Shown here: positions 1 to 9,699 of the stretch, in pieces | Layout of the letters: every line of letters starts with the position of its first letter | Numbering within the stretch: the stretch's first letter is position 1 | Assembly (NCBI GenBank): GCA_011524535.1 | Contig: WTKD01000002.1 | Coordinates: 20,868-84,867, forward strand | Source of the DNA: Spirochaetaceae bacterium | Lineage (GTDB): Bacteria > Spirochaetota > Spirochaetia > WTKD01 | DNA length: 64,000 nt | Direction: 5' to 3' | Program-made: the position numbers and the translations under genes | Notes under the pieces: generated by a model | What the model was told of the DNA's origin: nothing | The model's input: only the letters and a program-made list of their open reading frames with translations | Database searches by the model: none

Positions 1-988
1 TCCTCTCTCGGAGAAAAAACCTTTTAACCTGATGTTTGAGACAGCCATAGGGGCGATGAAAGACACCGCTCAAAAATTGTACCTCCGTCCAGAGACGGCC
101 CAAGGTATCTACGTAAATTTTCGTAATGTCCTCAATACAAGTCGAAAAAAACTTCCTTTTGGAATTGCGCAGGTTGGCAAGGCTTTTAGAAATGAAATTG
201 TTACCAAGAGCTTCATATTTCGAACATGTGAATTTGAGCAAATGGAGATGCAGTATTTTGTCACTCCGGGCTCAGATGATGAATGGTTTCAGTATTGGAA
301 AAAACAACGCACGGAATATTATAAAACCCTTGGAATTAGGACATCACATCTTCAGTTACATCCTCATGGGGAAAACGAACTTGCCCATTACGCGAAGGAA
401 GCGGTTGATATTCAATACAATTTTCCCTTTGGTTGGCAGGAATTAGAAGGCATTCATAACAGAGGACAGTTTGATCTGAAGCAGCATACATCATATTCGG
501 GTGTAGATTTACAGTATTTTGATCAGGAAAAAAATGAAAAATATACACCCGTTATCGTTGAAACTTCGGTTGGTTTAACGAGGTTAGTGCTGATGGTCCT
601 GTGTGATTCTTATGATGAAGAAGAGCTAGAAAACGAAACCCGGGTAGTACTCCGTATGCATCCAGTAATAGCCCCGGTAAAACTCGCGGTATTTCCATTG
701 GTTAAAAAAGACGGATTGCGCGAAAAAGCTCATGCCGTATTTAAGCAGATGAGTGACGAATTTTCGACGGAATTTGACGTTAGTGGGGCAATTGGAAGAA
801 GATACCGCCGTCAAGATGAAATCGGAACTCCATACTGTGTTACCATCGATTATCAATCTCTGAAGGACAACAGCGTTACTATACGCTTTCGCGATAGCAT
901 GAAGCAGCGGAGGATTCGTATTGAAGAAATAGCCGATGTAATCCGTGCTTCGGACAAGGCATATGTACGTATGGGTGAGTCACAATAA
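1..988 (+). CDS. glyQS: glycyl-tRNA synthetase (alpha2 type), C-terminal part; 5' end lies upstream of window
   Basis: Class II aaRS motif-3 region and anticodon-binding domain (…VAPVKLAVFPLVKKD…GRRYRRQDEIGTPYCVTIDY…); ORF is open to window start. Confidence 0.85.
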   Translation, partial: PLSEKKPFNLMFETAIGAMKDTAQKLYLRPETAQGIYVNFRNVLNTSRKKLPFGIAQVGKAFRNEIVTKSFIFRTCEFEQMEMQYFVTPGSDDEWFQYWKKQRTEYYKTLGIRTSHLQLHPHGENELAHYAKEAVDIQYNFPFGWQELEGIHNRGQFDLKQHTSYSGVDLQYFDQEKNEKYTPVIVETSVGLTRLVLMVLCDSYDEEELENETRVVLRMHPVIAPVKLAVFPLVKKDGLREKAHAVFKQMSDEFSTEFDVSGAIGRRYRRQDEIGTPYCVTIDYQSLKDNSVTIRFRDSMKQRRIRIEEIADVIRASDKAYVRMGESQ

Positions 989-994
989 ATTATC

Positions 995-2242
995 ATGAAC
1001 ATTATAGATCACCTGAAGGAAAAAGAACTATGTGCACAGGTTTCCGATTCTAGTCAGATTCAAAAACTATTTCTTGAAAAGAAAATTGTTGCATATCTTG
1101 GAATAGACCCAACGGCGGGAAGTTTGCATATAGGTAATCTTGTTCCTCTGCGCCTATTAAAAGTATTGGTTGATTTTGGTCAGCAATGCGTTATTCTTCT
1201 TGGAGAGGGAACAACCCATGTTGGAGATCCTTCTGGAAAAACAACAACAAGAAAGTTGTTGACTTCTAATGACATTCATTCAAATTGTCAGAAAATAGAA
1301 GGGCAAATACGCTCACTTTTGAACTCCTGGAATTGCCAGGTAGGCTTTGTTAATAATGCAGAATGGTTATTAGAGCTCAACTATGTTGATTTTCTGCGCG
1401 ACATTGGAACCTGTTTTTCTATTAATCGTATGCTGAGTTTTGAAAGTTATAAGCAGCGTATGGAGCGAGGCTTGTCGTTTATCGAATTCAATTACCAAGT
1501 AATGCAGGCATATGATTTTTACGTTCTTCACAAAAAACACGGTATAAATGTTCAAATTGGCGGAGATGATCAGTGGGGAAACATGGTTTCTGGTATAGAT
1601 CTCATCCGGAGAAAAACAGGTGCAGCTACGTATGCATTGACTGCCCCTCTGTTGACAACGGCTTCAGGCGGAAAAATGGGTAAAACAGAAAAGGGAAGCG
1701 TATATCTTGACCCTGAAATAACATCAGCATTTGAATTTTTTCAATATTGGAGGAATATTGCTGATGCCGATGTTAAAAAATTGCTTATGGTTTACACCGA
1801 TTTGGATGTACAAAAAATAGAGGAGCTGACTGCTGTAGAAGGTTCCGCTATCAATGCTGCAAAAAAACAACTTGCCTATGAAGTCACATCCTATGTTCAT
1901 GGGAAAGAAAAGGCGAAAGAGATTTTGGATTCTACTGAATCGTATTTTGAAGGCAGGGGATCTCTTGCAAAATCGATTCCTACACACGATGTTTCACTGG
2001 AATATATCACAGACAATCCTGCACTTATCTCTGTATTTGTTGACCAGAACTTGTGTAAATCAACGAGCGAGGCAAGGCGGTTTGTCTCTCAAGGTGGTTT
2101 GTATGTAAACGACGAAAAGATAACGGATCATACAGTAAAGCTTGATTCTTCTATGATACGAGACAGCGAGGTCCATTTGAGAGTTGGAAAAAAAAGAATT
2201 CTCATTCTTAAGATAACTACTGACTACATTGCGTATGAATAA
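995..2242 (+). CDS. tyrS: tyrosyl-tRNA synthetase
   Basis: HIGH motif (LHIGNLVPL), KMSKS-like (KMGKT), C-terminal S4 domain. Confidence 0.9.
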   Translation: MNIIDHLKEKELCAQVSDSSQIQKLFLEKKIVAYLGIDPTAGSLHIGNLVPLRLLKVLVDFGQQCVILLGEGTTHVGDPSGKTTTRKLLTSNDIHSNCQKIEGQIRSLLNSWNCQVGFVNNAEWLLELNYVDFLRDIGTCFSINRMLSFESYKQRMERGLSFIEFNYQVMQAYDFYVLHKKHGINVQIGGDDQWGNMVSGIDLIRRKTGAATYALTAPLLTTASGGKMGKTEKGSVYLDPEITSAFEFFQYWRNIADADVKKLLMVYTDLDVQKIEELTAVEGSAINAAKKQLAYEVTSYVHGKEKAKEILDSTESYFEGRGSLAKSIPTHDVSLEYITDNPALISVFVDQNLCKSTSEARRFVSQGGLYVNDEKITDHTVKLDSSMIRDSEVHLRVGKKRILILKITTDYIAYE

Positions 2243-2305
2243 GAGATGCACTAGGCTTGCTTAGAGGAGATACAGCTGTCCAGTTGGAAATCCTGATTAG
2301 GCAAA

Positions 2306-2701
2306 TTACTGCTTAGATCTACGAAAGAGGCTTTTTAACCAATGCCACAACCGCGCGAAGATGGATGGGCGTTCTAGTTTTTTGAGGCGGGTTATACCTT
2401 CTTCATATTCTTGTAGGAGAAAATCCTTCCTATGAAGGTTTTCTTCCAATTCTAGCTTTAGTGGAAGGTCTTTTTTTGAAGAGATTAGCACACGAACATC
2501 TATAAAGTCATAACCAAGTTGGCGTACTGCTTCGAAGCGTCTTTGTCCTGCGATTAGGGAGAGGTTTTGATCGACTACAATTGGATTAATTAATCCGAAT
2601 TTTCTGATACTTTCCTTTAAGCCTGATATATCACCAAGGTCCTTGCGTACTCGGGGTGGAATTTTTATGTCTTTTAATGCAATTTGTTGTATCTGATTCA
2701 T
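2306..2701 (-). CDS. stand-alone ParB N-terminal (ParB/Srx nuclease-like) domain protein
   Basis: GLINPIVV…LIAGQRRFEA motif typical of ParB N-domain; 131 aa; 5 nt downstream of ponA on same strand. Confidence 0.6.
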   Translation of the reverse strand: MNQIQQIALKDIKIPPRVRKDLGDISGLKESIRKFGLINPIVVDQNLSLIAGQRRFEAVRQLGYDFIDVRVLISSKKDLPLKLELEENLHRKDFLLQEYEEGITRLKKLERPSIFARLWHWLKSLFRRSKQ

Positions 2702-2706
2702 GGATT

Positions 2707-5241
2707 CTATTCTAGAAGGGGATTACTCTCATTAAATAATATCGGATTAAGGAGCTCCTCTGATTCATTTCCCCCCTCTGTCGAAAATGTTTCTAGTGTA
2801 GGATCAGAACTATTTGGAATGATCCCAAAGGAATCGTTTGTTTCAAAGAGGTTATCATTGAGACCGAAAGGGTCATCGAAATGCTCACGCAACTTTTGAA
2901 TCATTTCTTCTTGGGCTGCAAAGGTTTCTTCCACGGATTCATCGAATACTCTTGGTTCGGTTCCTGAGATGAAAATTTCATTGATGACTCGATCATCGTA
3001 GTTCGTGGGGGGTAAGAGTCCTCTATCGGCGGTTACCCAAGAATTAACCAAGCCAGTGGGTCGAATGAAATCACGCGGTGGTAAATTCCTGTGCATATAT
3101 TTCATGATTCTTGCCCAAATAGGACCAGTTGTTACGGCTCCGGTCTGGTTGGTTCCAAGAGAATTGCTACCGCCTTTATCAAATCCAATCCACACAGCGG
3201 TTGTCATGTATGGTGAAAAACCAACGGTCCACGCGTCAGACCAGTTTTGAGTTGTTCCAGTTTTTCCAGCCATGGGATGATCAAATCCTCCAACTAAACT
3301 TTCTGGATAGCGAAGAGTTCCTTCTTCGACGGTTGTTTTGAGCATACTTGTCATGATATAGGCTGCACGTGGAGAAATGACAGGGGTCTGTGATTCAGAT
3401 TCTTTCAGGATGGTGTTTTCTGGATTTATGATTATATTTCCTTTTCTGTCTTCAACATATCGCACGGAAACAGGGGTCACCGGAGAGCCAGCTCTGGCAA
3501 AGGCTGAATAAGCCGAGGCCATTTCAATAGGCGCGACGGCTACCACGCCAAGTCCGATGGGATAGTTTCTGGTAAAATTTCTTTTTGCGAATTCTGAATT
3601 GGGTATACCTAGTAAGCGAGATGTTGTACCGATGACAGCATCAAAGCCAATCCGTTCCAAAATCTTGAGTGAAGGTACATTCATAGAATTTGCAAGAGCG
3701 TATCGAACAAGAACTGGACCGACCCATTCATCTTTAAAGTTTTTTGGTTCATAGGCAGTGCCGTCATCGTTCCAAAAAATTACTGGGCTATCGTAGATAA
3801 GAGTTGCAGGAGTGATGATTTTATTTTCTATACCGGCGGAATAATAGAGTGGTTTGAATGATGAACCTGGCTCGATCAAGGAATCTGTTGCTCTATTGAA
3901 CTGATTTCTTGTTTCAAAATTACTTCCCCCGACCATAGCCAGTACATAGCCATTGTCGTTATCCAAAACAATGAGAGCACCTTCAACATCGGTTTTTTTC
4001 TCAACATTTTGTGTTTTTTGGTATGTTCTATCGACAAGTAACCGTATATCGCTGTCACGGGATACGCCAGCGAGTAGACTAACAAGATCTATAACTTCTA
4101 TAACATTTTCCTGAAAATACTCCTTTGCTACGTCCTCCTGTACTTTGGTGCCAACATGTAATTCATCAACGTTATACAGTAAAGAAAGAAGGTTGATCAA
4201 AGGGGCCATTTTTTGAGCATCGGTACTCTGTCGACTGGCGTTCTGTTTGTAGAGTCTGTTCGATTTTTCCAATCCAAGTTGCATGAGTCGTTCTGCTTCT
4301 GCTTGATAATCTAGATCAAGAGAGCTATATATCTTAAGGCCATCCTTGTTGATGTCCCAACTTCCAAGTAATAGTTCCGATTCGAGTTGGTAGCGGATGT
4401 ATTCGCTAAAAAATGGAGCTTTGTCTTCTCTGTCAAAAAAGGCGTTTGAAGTGTTTGAACGTGTGAAATCGTAATTATCCCAATAAGTGTTATAGGAAAC
4501 TAGTGCTTCTCGGTCGGTGAGCATCTCGTGAGAAACCATCTGATCCAAGATTCGTTTTTGCATGGTTTGTGCCCGATTTGGCTGGCGAATAGGTGAATAT
4601 AGAGAATGATTTGCAAGCTGGATAACAAGGAGTACGGATTCTGCAATACTAAGTTCCCGTGCACTGTGTCCAAAATAGAATTCACTGGCGGATTCAACCC
4701 CATAGTTACCATGTCCAAATCCCATGATATTTGCATACTGTTCAAGAATTTCGTGTTTCGTAAAATTTCTTTCAAGTTGGAATGCCCACCAAAGTTCTCG
4801 TACTTTACGCGATATTGAGAATTCTGATCGATCTGCGTACAAGGTTCCGGCTAACTGTTGTGTGAGTGTACTTCCTCCGGAAATATATTGCCCGGTTACC
4901 AAATTCCATACAGCTCGGGAAAAGCCTCGCAGGCTAAATCCATTATGTTCGAAAAAAAGAATATCTTCGCGGGTAATTAGGGCGTCTATAAAATGTCTCG
5001 GGAGTTCTTCGACGGGTATGAGTTCGCGTTTTTCGACAGAAAAAAATTCGGTTATCAACCTTCCATTGCGGTCAAGCAACTGTGAAGGAAGCGGTTGTGT
5101 TGTATTGGAGAATTGTGTTGTTATTTCAATGTTTCGAGTTTGGGCTAGGGCGGCTCCCAGTCCTATGGAGCTCAACAAAATTATCAGTATAGACAGACTC
5201 AAAACAAGTACCACAATTCGCTTGCGGACTATGTCATACAT
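2707..5241 (-). CDS. mrcA: penicillin-binding protein 1A (bifunctional glycosyltransferase/transpeptidase)
   Basis: N-terminal TM, GT51 motifs (EDxxFxxHxG), transpeptidase SSFKP / SMN / KTGT motifs. Confidence 0.9.
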   Translation of the reverse strand: MYDIVRKRIVVLVLSLSILIILLSSIGLGAALAQTRNIEITTQFSNTTQPLPSQLLDRNGRLITEFFSVEKRELIPVEELPRHFIDALITREDILFFEHNGFSLRGFSRAVWNLVTGQYISGGSTLTQQLAGTLYADRSEFSISRKVRELWWAFQLERNFTKHEILEQYANIMGFGHGNYGVESASEFYFGHSARELSIAESVLLVIQLANHSLYSPIRQPNRAQTMQKRILDQMVSHEMLTDREALVSYNTYWDNYDFTRSNTSNAFFDREDKAPFFSEYIRYQLESELLLGSWDINKDGLKIYSSLDLDYQAEAERLMQLGLEKSNRLYKQNASRQSTDAQKMAPLINLLSLLYNVDELHVGTKVQEDVAKEYFQENVIEVIDLVSLLAGVSRDSDIRLLVDRTYQKTQNVEKKTDVEGALIVLDNDNGYVLAMVGGSNFETRNQFNRATDSLIEPGSSFKPLYYSAGIENKIITPATLIYDSPVIFWNDDGTAYEPKNFKDEWVGPVLVRYALANSMNVPSLKILERIGFDAVIGTTSRLLGIPNSEFAKRNFTRNYPIGLGVVAVAPIEMASAYSAFARAGSPVTPVSVRYVEDRKGNIIINPENTILKESESQTPVISPRAAYIMTSMLKTTVEEGTLRYPESLVGGFDHPMAGKTGTTQNWSDAWTVGFSPYMTTAVWIGFDKGGSNSLGTNQTGAVTTGPIWARIMKYMHRNLPPRDFIRPTGLVNSWVTADRGLLPPTNYDDRVINEIFISGTEPRVFDESVEETFAAQEEMIQKLREHFDDPFGLNDNLFETNDSFGIIPNSSDPTLETFSTEGGNESEELLNPILFNESNPLLE

Positions 5242-5300
5242 TCTTAAAGTCTAAGATTAGATGAGTATTTGTCAAGCTTGATGCGTAATGTGACAAGAGG

Positions 5301-5326
5301 TATAAAAGGGCCAGGAGTACTGGCCC
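5301..5326 (-). terminator. intrinsic terminator downstream of M23 peptidase gene (GGGCCAG-loop-CTGGCCC then TTTTATA on minus strand)
   Basis: 7-bp GC-rich inverted repeat 5308-5326 followed on the minus strand by T-run. Confidence 0.45.
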
Positions 5327-5405
5327 AGTTAATGGAGGGTAAACTAGATTAACGATACAATAAATCTATTTTTATATCAATATATATTATAATTATAATG
5401 TAAAT

Positions 5406-6323
5406 TTATAACCCTTGAATTATACCGTACCGTGGTAACAATAGTAGAGGGTCTACATAAATTTCTTCGTTTTGTACTTCAAAATGGAGATGAGGCCCGG
5501 TTGAAACACCAGAGTTGCCAACTCTTGCTATGGTTTCTCCCTCTTCTACAATATCCCCTACATCAACCAGGGTTTCTTGGAGATGCCCATATCGAGTCAG
5601 ATATCCAAATTCATGTTCCATGGTAATCACTAGACCAAGGCGTGAATCTGTCTCAATCGAAACAATAATCCCATCTTTTGGACTATATACAGGGGTTCCT
5701 TCTGGAGCACCAAGATCTATACCATTGTGGTGATGCTCATATCCTTCTATGGGGTGTTTTCTCAGCCCAAAATGAGAAGTGATTCGCATAATGCGCAGTG
5801 GGAAACTAAACAGAGAGCGTAGGAACCGAGAGCGCTCGAATGCAGTAAGTCCTACATCTTCGTAGAATAATCCGATTGTCCTTTCTTCTTCTACGGTGAT
5901 AGTTATTTGCTCGCTAGAGATATCCGTATTTGCAATTCTGTTTGCGAGCATACGCTGCAACACGTTTTGTCTTTCATTTGGAATAAATATACCGGGTTTA
6001 TTGGGAATGACAATAATTTTCCCATCAAGGGGTTCGTGCACTTGGGAAATATTATTGAAGCTGGCTATTGTTCCAAATGGAAGCAGTACCCGGGAGGCAA
6101 TTCGCATCAATGTATCGCGGGAATGAGGAATATATTCATAGAGTTGTAGAGGTTCATTGCTTTGGTTTTGAACCCTGTCTTTGAAATAGCGAGACACTCC
6201 CGCCTGTTGTTGTACATACAAAGGATCATTTACATCAAGAGACTGGATACGAGGATATGCATATAGACTTGTTGCTGTAAGAGCCAAAATAACAAGAAAT
6301 ATGTGAAGGTCAAAATTATTCAT
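5406..6323 (-). CDS. M23 family metallopeptidase (peptidoglycan endopeptidase)
   Basis: HNGIDLGAPEGTPV … GNSGVSTGPHLHFEV (HxxxD / HxH motifs), N-terminal signal peptide. Confidence 0.85.
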   Translation of the reverse strand: MNNFDLHIFLVILALTATSLYAYPRIQSLDVNDPLYVQQQAGVSRYFKDRVQNQSNEPLQLYEYIPHSRDTLMRIASRVLLPFGTIASFNNISQVHEPLDGKIIVIPNKPGIFIPNERQNVLQRMLANRIANTDISSEQITITVEEERTIGLFYEDVGLTAFERSRFLRSLFSFPLRIMRITSHFGLRKHPIEGYEHHHNGIDLGAPEGTPVYSPKDGIIVSIETDSRLGLVITMEHEFGYLTRYGHLQETLVDVGDIVEEGETIARVGNSGVSTGPHLHFEVQNEEIYVDPLLLLPRYGIIQGL

Positions 6324-6329
6324 CTATAA

Positions 6330-6773
6330 CTAGTTGGTTTTAAGAGGTTTATGTACAAACGAATACAAAAGAAAACAGACAACTGTAGCAAGTATTTGTA
6401 CAAATATCCATTCGGACATTGCAGCGATGAGGAATAATGACAAGAGGGAAGAAACTATAATAGTTACTACGATACATAAGACGCGTTTGGAGGGGTTCCT
6501 TGCTCCTTTAACGAGAGAGTAAATCACCATTGCAAACGGGGTTGAGAGAACCAAGGCGGTAAATAGTGTGTTGCTCACGGTGTACACTGCCCACACGGGA
6601 AAAGTGACCACTAGACTTGTTATAAGAATGCCAACAATGGCAAGAAAGATAAAGGAGACTAATCGCAAAGATTTCTTGAACACCGAACTAAATGCCCTTG
6701 CACGCGCTTTGGAAGCTATACCATCGTGCTCCATACATGTAGAATGATAGGTCTGTGTTAAGGGGTATGTCAA
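6330..6773 (-). CDS. small integral membrane protein (3-4 TM), unknown function
   Basis: hydrophobic segments; 6 nt upstream of M23 peptidase gene, same strand. Confidence 0.5.
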   Translation of the reverse strand: MTYPLTQTYHSTCMEHDGIASKARARAFSSVFKKSLRLVSFIFLAIVGILITSLVVTFPVWAVYTVSNTLFTALVLSTPFAMVIYSLVKGARNPSKRVLCIVVTIIVSSLLSLFLIAAMSEWIFVQILATVVCFLLYSFVHKPLKTN

Positions 6774-6848
6774 TTACCCCGTAATATTATTGAATAACTA
6801 TCTATTTTAGTATATGTTTGATTAGAGCGAAAATATTCGTGAAAACAC

Positions 6849-7847
6849 ATGCCAAAGGTCACTAGCTATCGTGCACAGTCTATAGTTTATTTCGAGGGAG
6901 ACAAATCTTCAAAGATTCACATATTGAAATCAGGTTCGGTTGTATTGTCGACTACCGACATAGAAACGGGGGAATCTATTCGCAATTTGGTGCAGGTGGG
7001 TGAATTCTTCGGTGTTGGTTCTGCATTGGGGAGTTATCCTCGAGCAGAAGATGCAAAAGTATTAAAAGATGCTCAAATTGTCGTTCTTAGTGTGCCTGAG
7101 TTTGAAGAGATAATGAAAAAAAACGCCAAGCTCATGCTAAGAATGCTTAAAGTTTTTTCAACACAGCTGAGGGACGTACACTCAAAGGTTCAATCTCTGC
7201 TCGACATAGATGAAAAGCAGGTAGATGTTTCAGATAGTCTTTATTATTGCGGGGAGTATTATTTTTCACACGAAAATTTTGAACATGCTGGTTATGCCTT
7301 TAAAAAATACCTAAAGGAGTATCCCGACGGACAAAGAGCTTCAAAAGTTCGGGATTATTTGTCTCAAATTACGGGCTCCATGGAAGATTCTTCAGTTCCA
7401 GAGGATTCGGTTATCGATGGACGTTCGAGTTCATCTTTCTTCGAACATGTGGATTCTCTCGGACAGGACCAAATAGAAACAAAATTTTCTTCTGCAAAAG
7501 AGAAGCTGTCGAGTGGAGATGTGCAACAGGCATACACTATCATGAAATCACTTGTTTCGTTGGATGGCGCCTCGGAGCACAGTAAATGGCCGGAAATTCT
7601 TTTGTTTTATGGAAAAACTGCATACAAACTAGAAAAATATCAAGATACAGTGACATTTTTGTCTGAGTTTGCTAAAAATAACTCTACACATGCCCGGGTA
7701 TTTGAAGCCCTATTTTTTATTGGCGCTTCTTATCGCCATCTGAACAAAAAAGATCACGCACGCATGTTTTTGCAACGATCTCTTCAGTTTTCAGGAATTG
7801 ATGAAGACATGAAAGCAAAAGCAAAAGAGATTTTGGAGTCCTTATAA
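6849..7847 (+). CDS. cyclic-nucleotide-binding domain protein with C-terminal TPR-like repeats
   Basis: N-terminal cNMP-binding beta-roll (YFEGDKSSKIHILKSGSV…FFGVGSALG), C-terminal helical repeats. Confidence 0.65.
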   Translation: MPKVTSYRAQSIVYFEGDKSSKIHILKSGSVVLSTTDIETGESIRNLVQVGEFFGVGSALGSYPRAEDAKVLKDAQIVVLSVPEFEEIMKKNAKLMLRMLKVFSTQLRDVHSKVQSLLDIDEKQVDVSDSLYYCGEYYFSHENFEHAGYAFKKYLKEYPDGQRASKVRDYLSQITGSMEDSSVPEDSVIDGRSSSSFFEHVDSLGQDQIETKFSSAKEKLSSGDVQQAYTIMKSLVSLDGASEHSKWPEILLFYGKTAYKLEKYQDTVTFLSEFAKNNSTHARVFEALFFIGASYRHLNKKDHARMFLQRSLQFSGIDEDMKAKAKEILESL

Positions 7848-7850
7848 AGC

Positions 7851-8489
7851 ATGAGTAAACTATCATTAGACAGATTTGCTGTTTCCTACCCGAAAGGAGG
7901 CATGATATTTTGTGAATCAGAACACGGGGACACATTCTATCTTATACAACATGGTCGAGTTCAAATTACAAAAATAATCGGGGCTATCGAAAAAACCTTG
8001 GACGTTCTGAACCCAGGCGAATTGTTTGGAGAAATGGCCATACTAGAAAATGCTCCACGTTCTGCAAGTGCCATAGCGCTCGATGCAGTTACTTTGCTTG
8101 AATTTACGAAACAGAACTTTGAATTGATCCTTGAGGGTAATCCAGAAATAGCATTGAGATTAATGAAACTGTTTTCTAAGCGGATATACGATCAACGGAG
8201 GCGTTTTATGATTCTTCGTCTTCCGAATATACACGCTCGCGTTGCGGATGTTTTTCTTATGCTCGATGAAGCACAGGGACGCCCTGAAGATGACGACAAA
8301 AGCCGAACATTTCAGACTACCCCAGAAGACGTTGCGCATTGGGCTGGGATTTCGAAAGAAGAAGGCCGGATAGCTATCAATCAGTTTGCAAAGCAGCGCA
8401 AAATAGAGGTTTTGAGAGACAAAATTATAGTGCACAACATTCACGATTTTTCTCGCTATGTTTCTTCCCAGCGAAAGGCTGGAGCCTAG
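7851..8489 (+). CDS. Crp/Fnr family transcriptional regulator
   Basis: cNMP-binding domain (GELFGEMAILENAPRSASAIA) plus C-terminal HTH (EDVAHWAGISKEEGRIAINQF). Confidence 0.75.
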   Translation: MSKLSLDRFAVSYPKGGMIFCESEHGDTFYLIQHGRVQITKIIGAIEKTLDVLNPGELFGEMAILENAPRSASAIALDAVTLLEFTKQNFELILEGNPEIALRLMKLFSKRIYDQRRRFMILRLPNIHARVADVFLMLDEAQGRPEDDDKSRTFQTTPEDVAHWAGISKEEGRIAINQFAKQRKIEVLRDKIIVHNIHDFSRYVSSQRKAGA

Positions 8490-8552
8490 GCTTTTTTAGA
8501 TATATACCATATTCGGGAAGCAGAAAAATAATCATATTGGGCAGATAATACG

Positions 8553-9068
8553 GTGAATATACAGAACTTCGTAAAGAACTTACCAGAAAGACAAACCATT
8601 GAAATCTCTGCAAAAGCACGAGTGTTTTCCTTTGCGCGGGTCATGGGTGGGGCATTCCAGCAACTAAGGGCTTTTTCTGTAAAGAATGGACTAGAAATTA
8701 GCGGTCCACCATTTGTGAGATATACCGATGTCGATTGGGTCGAGTTAGCAAACAAACATTCTTTTTTGTATACCCTGAAGCATTTCTTTGATATTCATAA
8801 TCTTTCGGTGGGTTTTTTTGTAGATAGAAAAACCACTTCGGAAGGAGAAGTTGAATCTCGTTCTTTTCCTGCAGGGAACTATCTAGAATTCGAACATCAA
8901 GGTCCATATCGTGGTCTTACAGCGACCTACAAGCAATACATTTCCGAGGCTATACGAAACAAGCTTGCTTTGCGATCAGAAAACATGGAATGCTATCTAA
9001 ATTCTCCACAGACAGTTCCATCGGCTGAACTAAAAACCTTGATACAGGTACCCGTCATTGATGAATAA
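8553..9068 (+). CDS. GyrI-like small-molecule-binding domain protein
   Basis: effector-binding fold signature, C-terminus …MECYLNSPQTVPSAELKTLIQVPV. Confidence 0.6.
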   Translation: MNIQNFVKNLPERQTIEISAKARVFSFARVMGGAFQQLRAFSVKNGLEISGPPFVRYTDVDWVELANKHSFLYTLKHFFDIHNLSVGFFVDRKTTSEGEVESRSFPAGNYLEFEHQGPYRGLTATYKQYISEAIRNKLALRSENMECYLNSPQTVPSAELKTLIQVPVIDE

Positions 9069-9086
9069 TGATTTTTTATATTCTCT

Positions 9087-9650
9087 CTATAAAGTATCGA
9101 TAATACTCTGAGCGATTGCGTTGATCCGCGTGTTCCCAAGACGCCGCTGGACTTTGGTGAAATGAATGGTCTGCGTTGTTATGCCGGTATCTTTAAGGGT
9201 TCCGGCAAAGTAGTTTCTTAGAAATACACTATCGTTTTCTTCTATTGGCTCGGAATGTGTTATGTTCATCGTTAGGTATTTGTCTTTTAATAATCCCTCT
9301 ATATTGTTTTCAGCCGTATAGGTATAGGCGAATTCTGCACACATAATACGGTCCAACCAACCCTTTAATATTGCAGGGTATCCGTTCCACCACAGCGGAA
9401 AAAACATCAGTATGTGATTGGCTGATTTAAGAAGATCCTGATGATGTAGCACCATAGGTTCAAATGAGAATTTTCTGCGGAGCTCTTCCAACTGCAATAT
9501 TGGTTCAAATGATTCTTGGTATAGATTAATGGTAGTTGCTGTTCCACGGCTAGATAGACCATTGTGCACAGCTTGAGCAATATTTGCGCAGCTACTCCCG
9601 GGATTGGGGTGAGCAATAAGGATTATATAGTTGGTGAAATTTTGCATCAA
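9087..9650 (-). CDS. flavodoxin-fold NAD(P)H-dependent oxidoreductase (NQO/azoreductase-like)
   Basis: N-terminal ILIAHPNPGSS motif typical of Flavodoxin_2 family. Confidence 0.65.
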   Translation of the reverse strand: MMQNFTNYIILIAHPNPGSSCANIAQAVHNGLSSRGTATTINLYQESFEPILQLEELRRKFSFEPMVLHHQDLLKSANHILMFFPLWWNGYPAILKGWLDRIMCAEFAYTYTAENNIEGLLKDKYLTMNITHSEPIEENDSVFLRNYFAGTLKDTGITTQTIHFTKVQRRLGNTRINAIAQSIIDTL

Positions 9651-9699
9651 CGAGAATTGATTGCTACTAATTTATTTACTATGGTATAGTAGAGTATCT

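Noticed and set aside
126-856. Short ORFs 126-446 (+), 336-548 (-), 626-856 (-) inside glyQS
   Set aside because: Embedded in a well-supported aaRS coding frame.
4724-5254. 176-aa + strand ORF inside ponA (and other short ORFs 3005-3341, 3876-4085, 4500-4818)
   Set aside because: All are embedded in the PBP1A coding region, which has clear GT51 and transpeptidase motifs on the minus strand.
8490-8552. Possible terminator after the Crp-like gene (AGGCTGGAGCCTAGGCTTTTTT)
   Set aside because: A T-tract is present but the stem is only 4-5 bp with an ambiguous loop. Too weak to call.
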